Source: Trichosphaerium sp. ATCC 40318 (taxonomy: Eukaryota; Protista; Tubulinea). From it: DNA of 64,000 nt. A program made the translations under genes and the position numbers. The stretch spans positions 124,001 through 188,000 of the forward strand of contig JALMLS010000311.1 of assembly GCA_038496445.1 (NCBI GenBank), in the 5' to 3' direction. The notes under the pieces are model-generated. The model saw only the letters and a list, made by a program, of their open reading frames with translations, did not search any database and was not told the DNA's origin. Positions 13,461 through 28,861 of this stretch are shown here, in pieces (the stretch's first letter is position 1; each line of letters opens with the position of its first letter).

Positions 13461-14011
13461 TGCGTGTCAACCAAATTTTACGTTACCAAGCGCATTTACA
13501 TAGTACCAGTGATCGTGCAAGAGAATTGCTTCCTCGACTCTATCTTTTTCTCTGTAAACCAATTAAACGTCAGCTTTAGTTACTCTTCTGGTGTAATTAG
13601 CGTACTTATGCTTGTCGAAGCAGTGGCATTGTGTGTTTGCGTGCAGTAAAAAAAATTAAGCGACCAGCGCATATTCCGACGCCAATGCTTACGCCAACGC
13701 TATGTTAGTGCTTACAACTTACATTAAAATGCGTACCCATTAGAAATGGCGCTGTAATCTTTGCCTTTATAAACCACAATAAGTCGTGTAGCATTTGAAC
13801 AAACATTGCGTTACTGAATTCGCGTTTTAGGTTGTTTACGTCAAAACAAAAAAAAAAAACTTATTCCCAAAAACTTAAAGGCGCCCGATTGAACTGTACA
13901 CGTTTGAATTTTAAACAATTATTTTACTTTCAATACAAAGAGAGGGAACTAAAGTCAAGAAAAATCCCTAGTCGCATCGTCGAGGGGTTGTCTTTATTTT
14001 TTCTCTGAGTA

Positions 14012-14358
14012 TCACTGCCCAGTGAATTTACCCCTAAATTACGTCTTAGAGGCAAAATTTTGCGTATATAGCGTACCAAATATGCATTAACAAGACAATA
14101 CCGATAAATGACAAGCTCATTGTGAGTACTACTGTTGGGCTAACTTTTAATCCAGGAGAGTCATCGTTTACGAATCTGAGCATTCCACCCATACCAAAAC
14201 TGTTGGAACCTCCAGTGCTAACGGTATTTGAAGCGCCTCCACGCCTATAGGCCGTTAACAACTGCTAATACATGTTTTTTTATTATCTGCCAGTCATACC
14301 TGCGTACAGAGCTCTACATTAAAATTTAGTGATGAATCAAAATATTGAACTGTACCAT
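14012..14358 (-). CDS. SEC61B: Protein transport protein Sec61 subunit beta
   Basis: Four exons: M|SSVR|RRGG...LRFVNDDSPGLKVSPTVVLTMSLSFIGIVLLMHIW|GKFTGQ*. Confidence 0.95.
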
Positions 14359-14968
14359 TGTAGTATGCTTGTTTTAGTGTAGTCACGTAGTGAGAACGAC
14401 GCAAGTCAAATGTTAGTCAAGGCGACACGTATTAGGATACACGTATTATAGTCTCAAATCATGTCATAGGTACCTCACTGGTAAACGTTGCTCAAAAACT
14501 TGGTACCTAAACCAGAGCACCATTGGTGTAAGTACAAGGTCGTTGACTGCGTCAAATGTATGTATTACGTATCCAGAAGGAAGCGATTGTGCTTGTGTAC
14601 TGTCATCAATAAGTATTTTTCTGTACTCACCTGAATGAGCGTGAAGCGAGGCTAAACGCATGTAAAGACGCCGTGATGCTTGCCACGCATATCCAATTGT
14701 CATACGTTGTTCTTGAATTCCACAGCAATGATGGATCCTAAAGTTGTGCTCAGGTATACCGTTGACATTATTATTTTTTATACTCAGTATAAAAGTCGAA
14801 ATTGCTTTTCTCCTCAAACAGTTGCAGACTAGCAGTATGTGTCAAAGGAAAATACCGACTTTGTGTAGTCAGCAACGATTGTATTAGCGGTCCTAACGAC
14901 GCAGGTGTACTAACACAAAATGTTTATTTCAACAACATGTTTTTTGATTGATTGTTGTTGGTTTAATT

Positions 14969-16279
14969 CTAACACTTTAGTGCCTCGAATTTAGCGAATG
15001 AATCAGATGCAAGCTCCTCCTTCAATTGACCAGATGCGTTATCTTTTACTTGTACCTTTTTGTAGTACTCTACTGGAGGTGTTGGTTTACCTGCCTCCCA
15101 AGAAGCCATATACTTTCTACTGTGTGCACGAGCGTCAATCTTCAAGTCAAGGTTACCAGCATCGACTTCTTGCTTGATATAATCTGGGTAAGGCATACCA
15201 GCCTTTTTCTTGAATACAGCAGACGAGAGCTAACAAAACTGTTAGAAAAAAAGAATGTTAACGGCGAACTTTTAGTAAAAAACTTAGTGTTACCACATAA
15301 CGTGCAACAAGTTCAATAGTTATTCTGCAACACGTACTTGATGGTGCATCCATTTGTACAATGTTATTCTACCGTGATAGCATTTAATAAGATCAGCAGA
15401 AGAGCTCTAGAAGGTACTATAAGTATTACAGCCAGAGGTAAGAATAAAACACAAGTGATTTTTCTTTTGTTGTTGGCCATACTTGAAGCTGTTCAACAGT
15501 CTCCTCATCAGCGCCTCTGAATATTGCGTTGACTTGTGCAGCAGTGATGGAATTTTGTGCTGTACAAAGAGGGTAAATAAGACTTTTTGTTTAAATAACG
15601 GTTTTTGCATCAAATGCGTACCAAAGAAACAATCACCTCCAATGCGCTCACTAGCGTGTGGATCACCAGTTGCACCAGCTAAAAAGTTCCCTTAGTCGTA
15701 GCTTCTTGTTGCATCCTACGTACCTGGATCGTAAGTACGCTCTCCAGGCAAGTAAACTGGTACTTTTTCACCAGAAGGGTGAATTACCTAAAACGGATCA
15801 TTAAAACTCTCTATTTGGTAAAGTGTACTCACTTGAAGTGTACCACCGTAGTTGATTCCCCACATTTCTACAGGGGCTCCAACAAATTCAAATTTAACGC
15901 CAGCTTCGCCCTGTGATTGTTTTTAGCGTTGTGGTGTTGCAAGTGGCGTATTCAGTACCTTTTTGAGAGTTACGACTGCCTTGGCTGTTTTTTGGGTTTT
16001 CTCTTTCTCGCCGTATGCCACCTACATCCTATTTAGCGATATTACAACGCTGTGTCGTACTCCGCCATCAGTAAAGTCAAAGCTAAAAGCACCCGTTTTT
16101 GAGTCGAATGAAAATACGTTTGGTACGCTGTCTTTCAAGCAGTTCATCACCTACAAGCGTTAAAAAGGCTGTTTTGAATTAACGGGTAAACCACGTACAT
16201 CAGCAACTGCCTCGCTTGATCCACCTGTTGGTGTTCTAAAATTACTTCTAAACTTTCCGTTTATTGGATTTGAGGACAT
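14969..16279 (-). CDS. Hypothetical globular protein, about 280 aa, family not recognised
   Basis: Clean GT-AG exon chain MSSNPINGKF...WGINYGGTLQVIHPSGEKVPVYLPGERTYDPAGATGDPHASERIGG...FEALKC*. Confidence 0.7.
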
Positions 16280-16574
16280 AATAGCTTGTTTGTAATGAAA
16301 CTGTGTTATTGTCAAGGTTTGACTTTTCGGGTACACCTTTTTTAACAAAAATGGACACTTTCTCTCTTACAACAAACAGCTACAACGCATTTTGGCTTGC
16401 TGTCAGCTAGCTAAAAGTATCACCTTTCAAAAAATGCTGTCAATTCATGAACAAGTGTCACGTGACTTTTAGGTGCCAATGAAATGAAGGTAGGCCAATT
16501 GTATATATAAGGCACCAACCTCGCTATTTATTTGTTACAGCAACAACTTTCTCTTCCTAGGCATGTCAGGAACT

Positions 16575-19500
16575 ACGTCAGAGACTGCTGAAGCCTACAA
16601 AAATAAAAAAGATTGCAAACTCCTAGTTCAGCACTTATTATACTACCTTGTCAAGGCATAGTCCTTTATCATTTATTTAGAACTTAAAAAATGACAAACG
16701 AATTCCACAGTTTGCTGCTTAGTGTAACTAAAAACGTTGATATCCTTTGATTGTGAAGACGTTGTCCTACAATGAAAAAACACTTAAACAAGTAAATTTT
16801 ATAGTTACTTTTCTAACCTCGTTGCATTTTGGAACATGAGATCGGTACCATTACCATTGTAGCACTCCCACACTGTCAAGTTTCTTTCACCTAGAAGTGG
16901 AATATTTCTAGCATCTATCTTGTCTGTAGTTTGCCTTAACACTACTAGCCTATCTCCGAATACCATACTATGATATCTGGGAAGGTCCCTAAAGAAAAAG
17001 AGTTAAAACATGCCAACAGAAAAGTACTTACTGTGGAATGGGTTTGACGCCTCGTTGGTTTAACAAAGCTACAATCTCTACATCAAGAGTACTTGAAACT
17101 AAATCAACAAGTAATTACGCTATCAGTCAAATTTGCTTTCAAGTATACCTAGTACAGTACAACAAAGAGGGAGTTGCCAACGCCTTGATATATTCGGAAA
17201 TTCAAAATTATTTAAAGCCAAAGTATCAACAGGTATCAAGCACATTTCAGTGGCATTGGCCCTGCTAGAGGAACACATTTTACTACGGTTGTACATAAGA
17301 ATTCACTCGAATCAATACGAAAAGATACAAAAGACTTACCGGAAAGCTGATACCCAGTACTCATTTCCAGCACTTCCACATTTTTGTTGAGTACACGGTA
17401 CAAACTTGTACCATGTTTTGAGTCCAGGTAAGTACGTATCTATTGTATCTACCATTAGGCGTTCACACTGTGAAACCGAGTATTCGATGATAATCTACAG
17501 AAGACATTAATTGACAATCACAGACACATCAGATTGCATACTTTGATACTAGACAGTTGCTCAGAATTCATGCAACGTAGTTGAGACAGTAAACGAGATT
17601 CGACTACTATCAAAGTACTGGAGAACTTGTAAGTGAATAATTTGTTTGTTTTTTTAGACTTACTTTGGAAATTGAATAATTGATTGTAGGTGCTCTCTGA
17701 GAGCATCACTGTTCACAATGATAAGCGCCTTGGTAGATGTTAAATATGAGTAGAAGCGGTATAGTATAGTTATTACCTTAGTCTGAGGCGAGAACAACGG
17801 TTGGAGGTTTTGAAGAAAAGCAATCTTCGAACTCGGTGGAAGAATGCCATTTCTTATTGAACTTCCTGTATTCTTCAAGAGTTGCCATAGCCTTGGAAGG
17901 TTGTTTGCGCCTAGGTTTTTTAGCATATTTAGTAGGATTTTATTTTATATTTATGAGAAGCGTACCTAACACTTGCTTGTATTTAGGTGTTTCAATCATT
18001 TTAGTGAGCATGCTTTCAGCTGCTAGGATACTCATCTTTTGAATTGCACTTTGTAAGTTCATAGTAGCCAATAGACCAATTAAGTCTACAACAAGCATAG
18101 CTGCAACTATGAATAACAGATCTATAGGTTACTATGCTGAAAGTACGTACATGGTGCGGACTTTGGCAGCGTTCTTAACTTCGTTTTTATGGTCCTGTAA
18201 ATATGTGTGTTAGCACATGTTAAAAAAGTGTCAGCGTGCTCTGTTGAAAATAGGGACGTTACACCATAGTTAGTCTTAATCTGCTGTGTCAATCTTTTAA
18301 CACAAGTGTCAAATTCAGTCAGGAGTATTTTCTCTCCTTCTGTGGGGTGTTAGTGACTCTCATTGGCGGATGACATACCACTCATTTCAGCGACTTCTCG
18401 TGAGGGAATTAGGAGAGTATCAAAAACGTTACAGTCAACTGAAGAGCGACAAACAACATTCTAAGGATTATTATTAGATCTTGGATGATTCATGTTAAAC
18501 AATACGTACGGTAATAGTTAGCTGGGTAAGCATTGTTTGTAAAACTTTGGTGTCTGCTGGAAGACCATCTGGGACAAGTACAATCCAAGTCGTATCTGAT
18601 TTGATCGATACAAGGTGTTGTATAATAGCGGAAGATGCACGTAAGCCAAGATCTATACTGTCACAAAGCAGAAACTGAAACCTACCACCATATAAGGCTA
18701 TGTAATAGTACTTGTGGAATACTTTGTGAGAGTGTGGTTATTTGCCTCTAGCTCTTGTTGTGTTACTAGTTTCACTTTATTCGTCTTGGTTGAATCTAAG
18801 TTGATCGTTATTGGTAAGTAAGGTCACTGACTGTATCGTACCATTATTACAAATACGAGAAAAGAGATCATGTCTCAACTCTTTATGTCGCGCATCCTTT
18901 GTGACCTGCAAATAAAAGGTAGAATTACCATACTTGTACTAATAAAGCTGTACCCATATAACTCCATCTAGAAAAGATTAGATCCTATGTTAAAGCTAAG
19001 AATACGTACCAACAGGATAGCGAGTAATTATGTCATACGCTAGAGCAACTAAAAGGCTCACTTGTGGTACTACTTGAGGCAAAATCAAAAGACTGTTTGC
19101 TTTTCTAAGAGCGTTTGCAAGTTCTCTTTGATGGGCCAAGAGTTCCATTCCAGGAGGATCTTCTATATCCTGTGCTGAGATCATTGCCCTCACATCCACC
19201 TTGTTCGCTTTGAACAGTTTAAAAGCTGGAAATAATCTTGATTCGCATACCTTGGCCTCTAAGACGCATGTACTGAGCAACGCTGTCCTAAAATGCGGAT
19301 GTTAGCTGATGGTTGTGATATTGACGTACACATTGCTCGTATTCTGTTGACATACGTTGTACCTTCTTGGAAGCAGGAAGTGACAGGTATTATTTTGGGA
19401 ACCTTTGCAGCTGGAACGTGGGGAGACTGTAAAGTGGAAGCGTCTCTCTTTCTTTTTACAACACGTGATTTATGTTCAAGTGTACTTTTGGCTCTATAAT

Positions 19501-21150
19501 AGTGAGACTAAGCACAAAAGAATAACTTCACTAGTATGTACTTTATGATTGGGACCTCGCCATTAGGTACTTGGGATACTACTGTTGGTAGTTCACCAGG
19601 AATGCTAAGTGTATTGGGTAGGCTTGAAGATATCCTTAGATAGTTTCGTAGCAAATCTAAAGAATGGGTGTAAGTTCTAGCTCTATCTTTGTGTGACATA
19701 CTAGAAGTTGATTCAGGGCACAGACCACTTGAGCAAGTCGTTGTTGGTATCCCATACGGAAATCAAGCAACAGAGACTTAAATCGCCATTCAGGTACCTA
19801 AACTTAAAACTAGTAGATGCTTTCACAAAGAGTTCATCGTACTGGTAGTTTCTTAAAGAAAGGTACTTGTGTTTCAGACGTGGATGTCTTCATTGCGCTG
19901 AATGTTTCTTCTGTTATTGGAATGGGAATGATTGAGGTACAGAGACGGGTCTTGGTTTGTGGTTGTGCATTTTTATGTTGTGCCAAAAACAACTTAAATC
20001 GAGCTCCAGACTTGTCAATGGCAACGAGCAGAGGCTATCAAGATAAGGACCACTATAGCTTTTAATCAACACTCACCCATTAATATTATGTGCTCGAAGT
20101 AAATAATCTGGCAAAGGCTGTTGTGGGATTTCAGGAGCTACAATAGAATTAAGATGCAAATTGGTTGAGTTCTTTTACCTTCCAATTTTTTAGCACGTGT
20201 GGACGATAAATCTTCGATAATATCCATATGTGTAGATTTGATGATTTGCTCTACATCTGGAATATTTATAAAACCTATTGCACAAGGCAGACTATTCAAA
20301 GTTTCGTAGGAGACTTTGCTACACGTATCAACGTCAAATAGTAATAGTTCGGACTATTGAAGTGTTATTGGGAATGTACTTCGCTACTAGTATACGCACT
20401 ATGGGGAACTTGTGCGAGCATTTGGTACAATCAATATCTACTTCTGATCCTTCAATTCGATAATCCACTACCTCAACAGTAAAATGATTGCTTTCCACGG
20501 GCTCAAAGCCTTCTAGGTGTGCTTCAATATCGTTTACTGCAATAGAGCTGATATTTGTAAGAAAAAGTACAAGTGGACTTTCTGTAGACGATAGTAAGGG
20601 TAGTTCTAGTATTTGAGTTTGGAGTTGAGGTTTAAAGTCTTCATAATAAAGCGCCAGACTAGATTTGCTTGGAATTGGGTACTGTACTGGATCCACAAGC
20701 TGTTTGATAAGCCTGACGGATTCGTACTCTGGCAAGGGTTTTTCTCTTGGTGGACACTCGCTGTTTTTCAGTGCTGCTGAGATTGATGATAGTCCTGGAA
20801 AAGGTTGGAGTGGGAGTATTGGTTCGTCCAGGCATTGTGGCATTGCTACATGCGTCAGCTTTACTAACCTATCTACGTACATGTTTTCTTTTTAATTCTA
20901 AGCGCTCTAGGTATTTCAACTGGTACTACCCAGTCATTGTTGGGTATCGATGGCTTCCATATTGATACTCCCTTCGGATGCGTTTCTTGAGTAATGTCAA
21001 GCATTTGAACCAGTGATTGTCTATTGACGTTAGAAAGGATAAAAAGTGCTACTTGTACATTGTAAACTCGGAAAGGGGTATCTTCTTCCAGGGTAGAAGC
21101 ATAACGCGTTTCGGATATTTATATTGCCTATCGAGGAACTGAATAGATAA
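16575..21150 (-). CDS. Large multi-exon protein, possibly SHOC1/Zip2-like with degenerate XPF/ERCC4-like C-terminus; both ends uncertain
   Basis: Exon chain on minus strand; segments RLWQLLKNTG..SSKIAFLQNL..KALIIV, IIIEY and CTVLVSSTLDVEIVALLNQRGVKPIPQDLP resemble SHOC1 as I recall it. Confidence 0.35.
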
Positions 21151-21951
21151 CATGCGAGCAAGAACGTGCAAAAAAGCACTGAGTTTTCAGTGACGCGTAG
21201 CTGTCACTCTTTACACAAACAAAAAATAGTATTCAATGTATTTCTTGGAGGATTTGCATTGTATACAGCTTGCAAGTTCTCATGATACACTAAGATTTAT
21301 GTACAATTTAGAGCAGCGTTATTGTGATGCCTAGTTCTATATTTCAAATCACAAGTTTCCGTACGGTTATAGTGGGTGGACTATATTATCTTCAACGTCT
21401 TTCCACATTTGCAGTGACATTCCTATTTTTTTCTTAAATAGCGCCTACCGTATTGGCTATGTATTCAACATTCTTCAGCTTAACAACGATAAGCTTTATA
21501 CAAGTCAAGATGGAGTGACGGAAGTACTTCTGCACACAAGCCTCCATCTACATCTAGCACTATTCCTGCTATCACATGTGAAGATCCATCACTCAAACCA
21601 GCTAACAATGTAGTAGACGGCAATGGCACTAGACGTAAATACCAACAAATGAGAGATTGAAGAACAACAATAGTAAAAATCAAATAAAAAATCTGTGTGC
21701 TATACGGTGCAAGTTCAAAATCACGCAAACTCTAATTAATATGGGTTTCAGACAGAATACAATTAAATTCTTGCAAACAGCCTCGTTCGACAATGACCGT
21801 CAAGTGCACAGTCAGATCAGGTAACGGTTGTTTTATAAAGTAACTGAATCATTGCAATCAAAATAAAAAACAGCGAGTTTTCATTGACGGCGCATTTCGT
21901 TTTACAATTACAAAGCGTTGTTGCTAGTAGTTAATGTATTAGCTGACAAAA

Positions 21952-22359
21952 TTATGCTTTGGCGTTTGCTGTGCCAACTCTAACAGCTTGTTGAAGGAGC
22001 TCTAGATTAACGTCTTTTGATGGTAGTTGCACGTAACGCACTGTAGAGCCGCGAATAAAGCAATTTTTGACTGATATCTACGTTCTGTTACTACTTTAAC
22101 AGTATTTAATTCTAGTACCATGTGAGGGTATTTTTCTTCCTCAACTACGCCAATATCTGTGAGTTTTAAGTTCAAATATTGATCTACAGCAGAAAGAGTT
22201 CCTAACAACGTCAATTTTCGCTGTACAGTATTAAACGCGTACCAACAATCGATAAATTGCTTTTTAATTCAACAATTATTTCTTTACCAATCAGTGTTTT
22301 AAAAAAGGAGTAGAACAGCTACAAACGTTAAAACCTAATCGTATTGTTTATTGTACCAT
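21952..22359 (-). CDS. LSM2: U6 snRNA-associated Sm-like protein LSm2
   Basis: M|LFYSFFKTLIGKEIIVELKSNLSIV|GTLSAVDQYLNLKLTDI...KYPHM|ISVKNCFIRGSTVRYVQLP. Confidence 0.97.
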
Positions 22360-22523
22360 TATTTCAGGGCAAAGAGGTTGCTGTGAGTCAAAAAATGCTC
22401 CAGTTAAGAAAGGACAAGATTACGACTAAGCCAATTCAAGAAAAACTTTGCGTTACATTCTTTTAGTGACAAATCTAACGTGGGTCTTTATTACAGTATG
22501 GTTTATGTTCGAGTAAAGGCTGC

Positions 22524-23799
22524 TTACATTTTTGTCAAAATCAATTGTCCTCTTGGTACCAATCCTAAACAACTACTGTTACGCAGATGTAATACGCGTT
22601 AAAACCGGGTGTACTACGTACCTAATTCAGCCAGAGTCATTGAGTATTTCTCACCACCAAAGACTTGTTTTGGGAAGTTTGTCATGAGTTTAAATGGTTC
22701 ATGTCCGTCTGTTCTCTTTTCATTAATAAAATTCACTACTGTATTTATAGTGTCTCTAATGGAGATGGAATGTGAGTGCATGAATTAGTGTAGAAGCGGT
22801 ATCATACGTTGGTTTAAAGGTTCCACGGATTGCTCTTCCATTTGTTAATCTAATTTGCAACAAGCAAGAATCATAATCAGTTGGCTTTTTAGCAGCAGCT
22901 ACAACAACAGGAGCTGGTTTTGGTACTGGCTGAGCGGGCTTGCCAGAGTTGGCTTGCTTCCTTCTTTCTTTATCTATTCTGATTTGCTCCCTGATCTTTG
23001 CAAGCGCAGCTTTATCAGCAGCTTTCTCCTTTAGAAAAAGCCATCAGTTTTAATTTATAAATAAATCACTATCTAGCCAACCTTTGCTTTTCTCTCACGC
23101 TCCAATTTCCATTCCATATCCTTTCGGTCTTCTTGAGCCTTTTGAAGGAGTTTACCTTGCTCGCGTCTTAATTTTTCAGCTGCCAGTTTATCGGCTTGTT
23201 CTTGTTTTTGTTTTTCTATTCGAATGCGTTTTAATCTCTCTTGAAGACTTCCAAACAATTAGAGAAAAACAGTTTCATTGCATGCTTACGCCTTTTCTGC
23301 TTCTTCTCGTTCCTCTTTTGTCAATTGTCGCTTCTTTGGCGGCTCTTCTACAGTAAGATCGGCCGCTTGTTTGATGTTAAAAGAAATACACAAAATAAGC
23401 TGTTAGCGCATTTTTGCATACCTGGAGTATCTGATGACGTAGTAGGCGCTGGACCAGACGGTGTGCTACCTAAAATCGGTTAATTTAATTATGAATTGAC
23501 GTTAAATACCCAAAGAATAGCCTTGGTGTACTACTATTGGCTCATCTATATCAGGGTCGTCTGAGTGAGCCACTATCCTACGTTTGTTACAAAACGAAAC
23601 AAAAGTAGCGTACCAATCTAGTGCTGGTTGCAAACCTCGCGCTCCTGTTTTTCTGGCGGCTTTTTCAGCTCGAATATCTGGAAAACCCTTACTTTGCGTT
23701 AGAGCATAACAACATGGCGAGTAGACGTAAATTATACGAAAAAATACGCACCATTGAAACAAGCATAGTTTTTATCGAATTAACATCGGATTGAGACAT
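22524..23799 (-). CDS. UBXN1: UBA-UBX domain p97/Cdc48 cofactor (UBXN1/SAKS1-like)
   Basis: UBA LVSMGFPDIRAEKAA...ALDWIVAHSDDPDIDEP; coiled coil; UBX LQIRLTNG...LMTNFPKQVF...TLAELGLVPRGQLILTKM*. Confidence 0.9.
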
Positions 23800-24011
23800 C
23801 ACTACGCGTGTACTCTGCTACTAACTATTATTTTACAAATACTTACTGTCAGACTGCACGTGCCTTAACATACAATCAGTGAATGGTGGTTTAGTGCATT
23901 CTCAATGTCCTTTGATCTTGTTGTTAGCATTAATTGACGCTTAGTTTTAATTGCACGCTTGTAGAAGCTAACGTTGAACTTGCAATGAAAGTTTTGTTTT
24001 TTTCTTTACAA

Positions 24012-25100
24012 TCACATGTACAAGTGAGATGTAGCAGAACTGGCTTGGATTTGAGAGAGTACTTTGCTGTATGTAAAACTACCATCCTTCTTTTCAGGCA
24101 TAATTGAAAATAGAGCTGGTTCAAACGCTTGAAGTGTTTCTATACCAAGACGCGCTTGAGCAAGACTCAAGTACAGTGTTGCCTCCAGTTTACGTAATTG
24201 ACACTTAAAATGTTTTGTTTAGTTTCTAAAAAATCTATGATAGAGTATCGTACGTGAGAAAGGATAGCAGCTGGAACCTTATCAACAAGAATTGGTGCTT
24301 CTAAAAATGGACAAATGTCATCGTTCTTCTACGTGACATTTTAGCTTATTACTTTGACATTTGAACTTTATACATACCTTGCACGCGCCGGTGGTGCATT
24401 TTCTCAATAGTGGAGGTTTATCTTCTTTATTTGCAGTGAGTCTGAATTGATATTCCAAAATCGACGAAAAAACGAATACTCTAACATTTCTGGTTAGTCC
24501 GTTAACGTCACACCAATTTACCTTGTTGGAGTAACCACCTCATATACTTTTTTACACCAATCAAACGCCCTGTCTGCTGGTATTTCGTAATGACAAATAA
24601 TTGCCATTACAGAATCAGAAAGTTTGTATAACACGTTCCAAGGTTCTCTAACGTTTGAAGCGTTGCGTTTGTGTACACGTCTTTGTTTAAACTAACTTTT
24701 GGTCAGCACAACGTACAAATGTCAAAAAAAAAAAACGTACTTGCTCTTGGACTTCCTCAATTATGAATTCACCTACTTTTTCTTTGTCTGGAAAGTGTGT
24801 ATGAAGGAAACAAGATGCAACCTCGCCCACGCCTTATAAAACGTTATTCACGCTCGTAATGGTATCAACGTACCAACCAGAAGTGTTTGCGGCGTTAATT
24901 GTGCTCCATCAGGCTACAGAAGTTAAACAAAAATTATGTCATCCCTACTTTATCTCTTTCGACACTAATGTGGTAGGGAGAGCGCTGTGGCGTACTTGAA
25001 ATTGTATTGGTTTAGGGGCAACATAGTTCTCCTCTTCAACGCCTTCATCATCCCAATTTCGTGACCAAGATGCAGGGTCGTGATTCCAAAAGTCAGCCAT
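24012..25100 (-). CDS. PSMG1: Proteasome assembly chaperone 1-like
   Basis: N-terminal WDDEGVEEE; ICHYEIPADRAFDWCKKV; CPFLEAPILVDKVPAAILSHCQ; C-terminal HLYM* (HbYX-type). Confidence 0.8.
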
Positions 25101-25186
25101 AGCAAAAATTAATACAATTTACATTAAATGTCAACTTAACACTGTAGCCGTTTTGTGTATTGTTACACGAGTATGAAAGCCCGCCA

Positions 25187-28698
<3,512 letters not shown>

Positions 28699-28861
28699 TA
28701 GTTGTCAGAATGTACAACTCTTGTAAATATAAGTAAAAGACGTTAACTTTTTTTTTCCAGTCAGTTTTCCCTTCACGGACGTTCAGTTCCCAAACATTCA
28801 GTAACTCACTGTCATTGACACATAATCTTGAGAGCAGCACTTCCCTATTCGTTTTGACGTG

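Noticed and set aside
14630-14760. U3 snoRNA suggested by box B-like GAGCGTGAAG
   Set aside because: No box A/A', no correctly spaced C', C or D boxes.
21290-21860. Small minus-strand gene between LSM2 and the large ORF chain
   Set aside because: Exon-like pieces exist but I could not assemble a consistent start-to-stop model.
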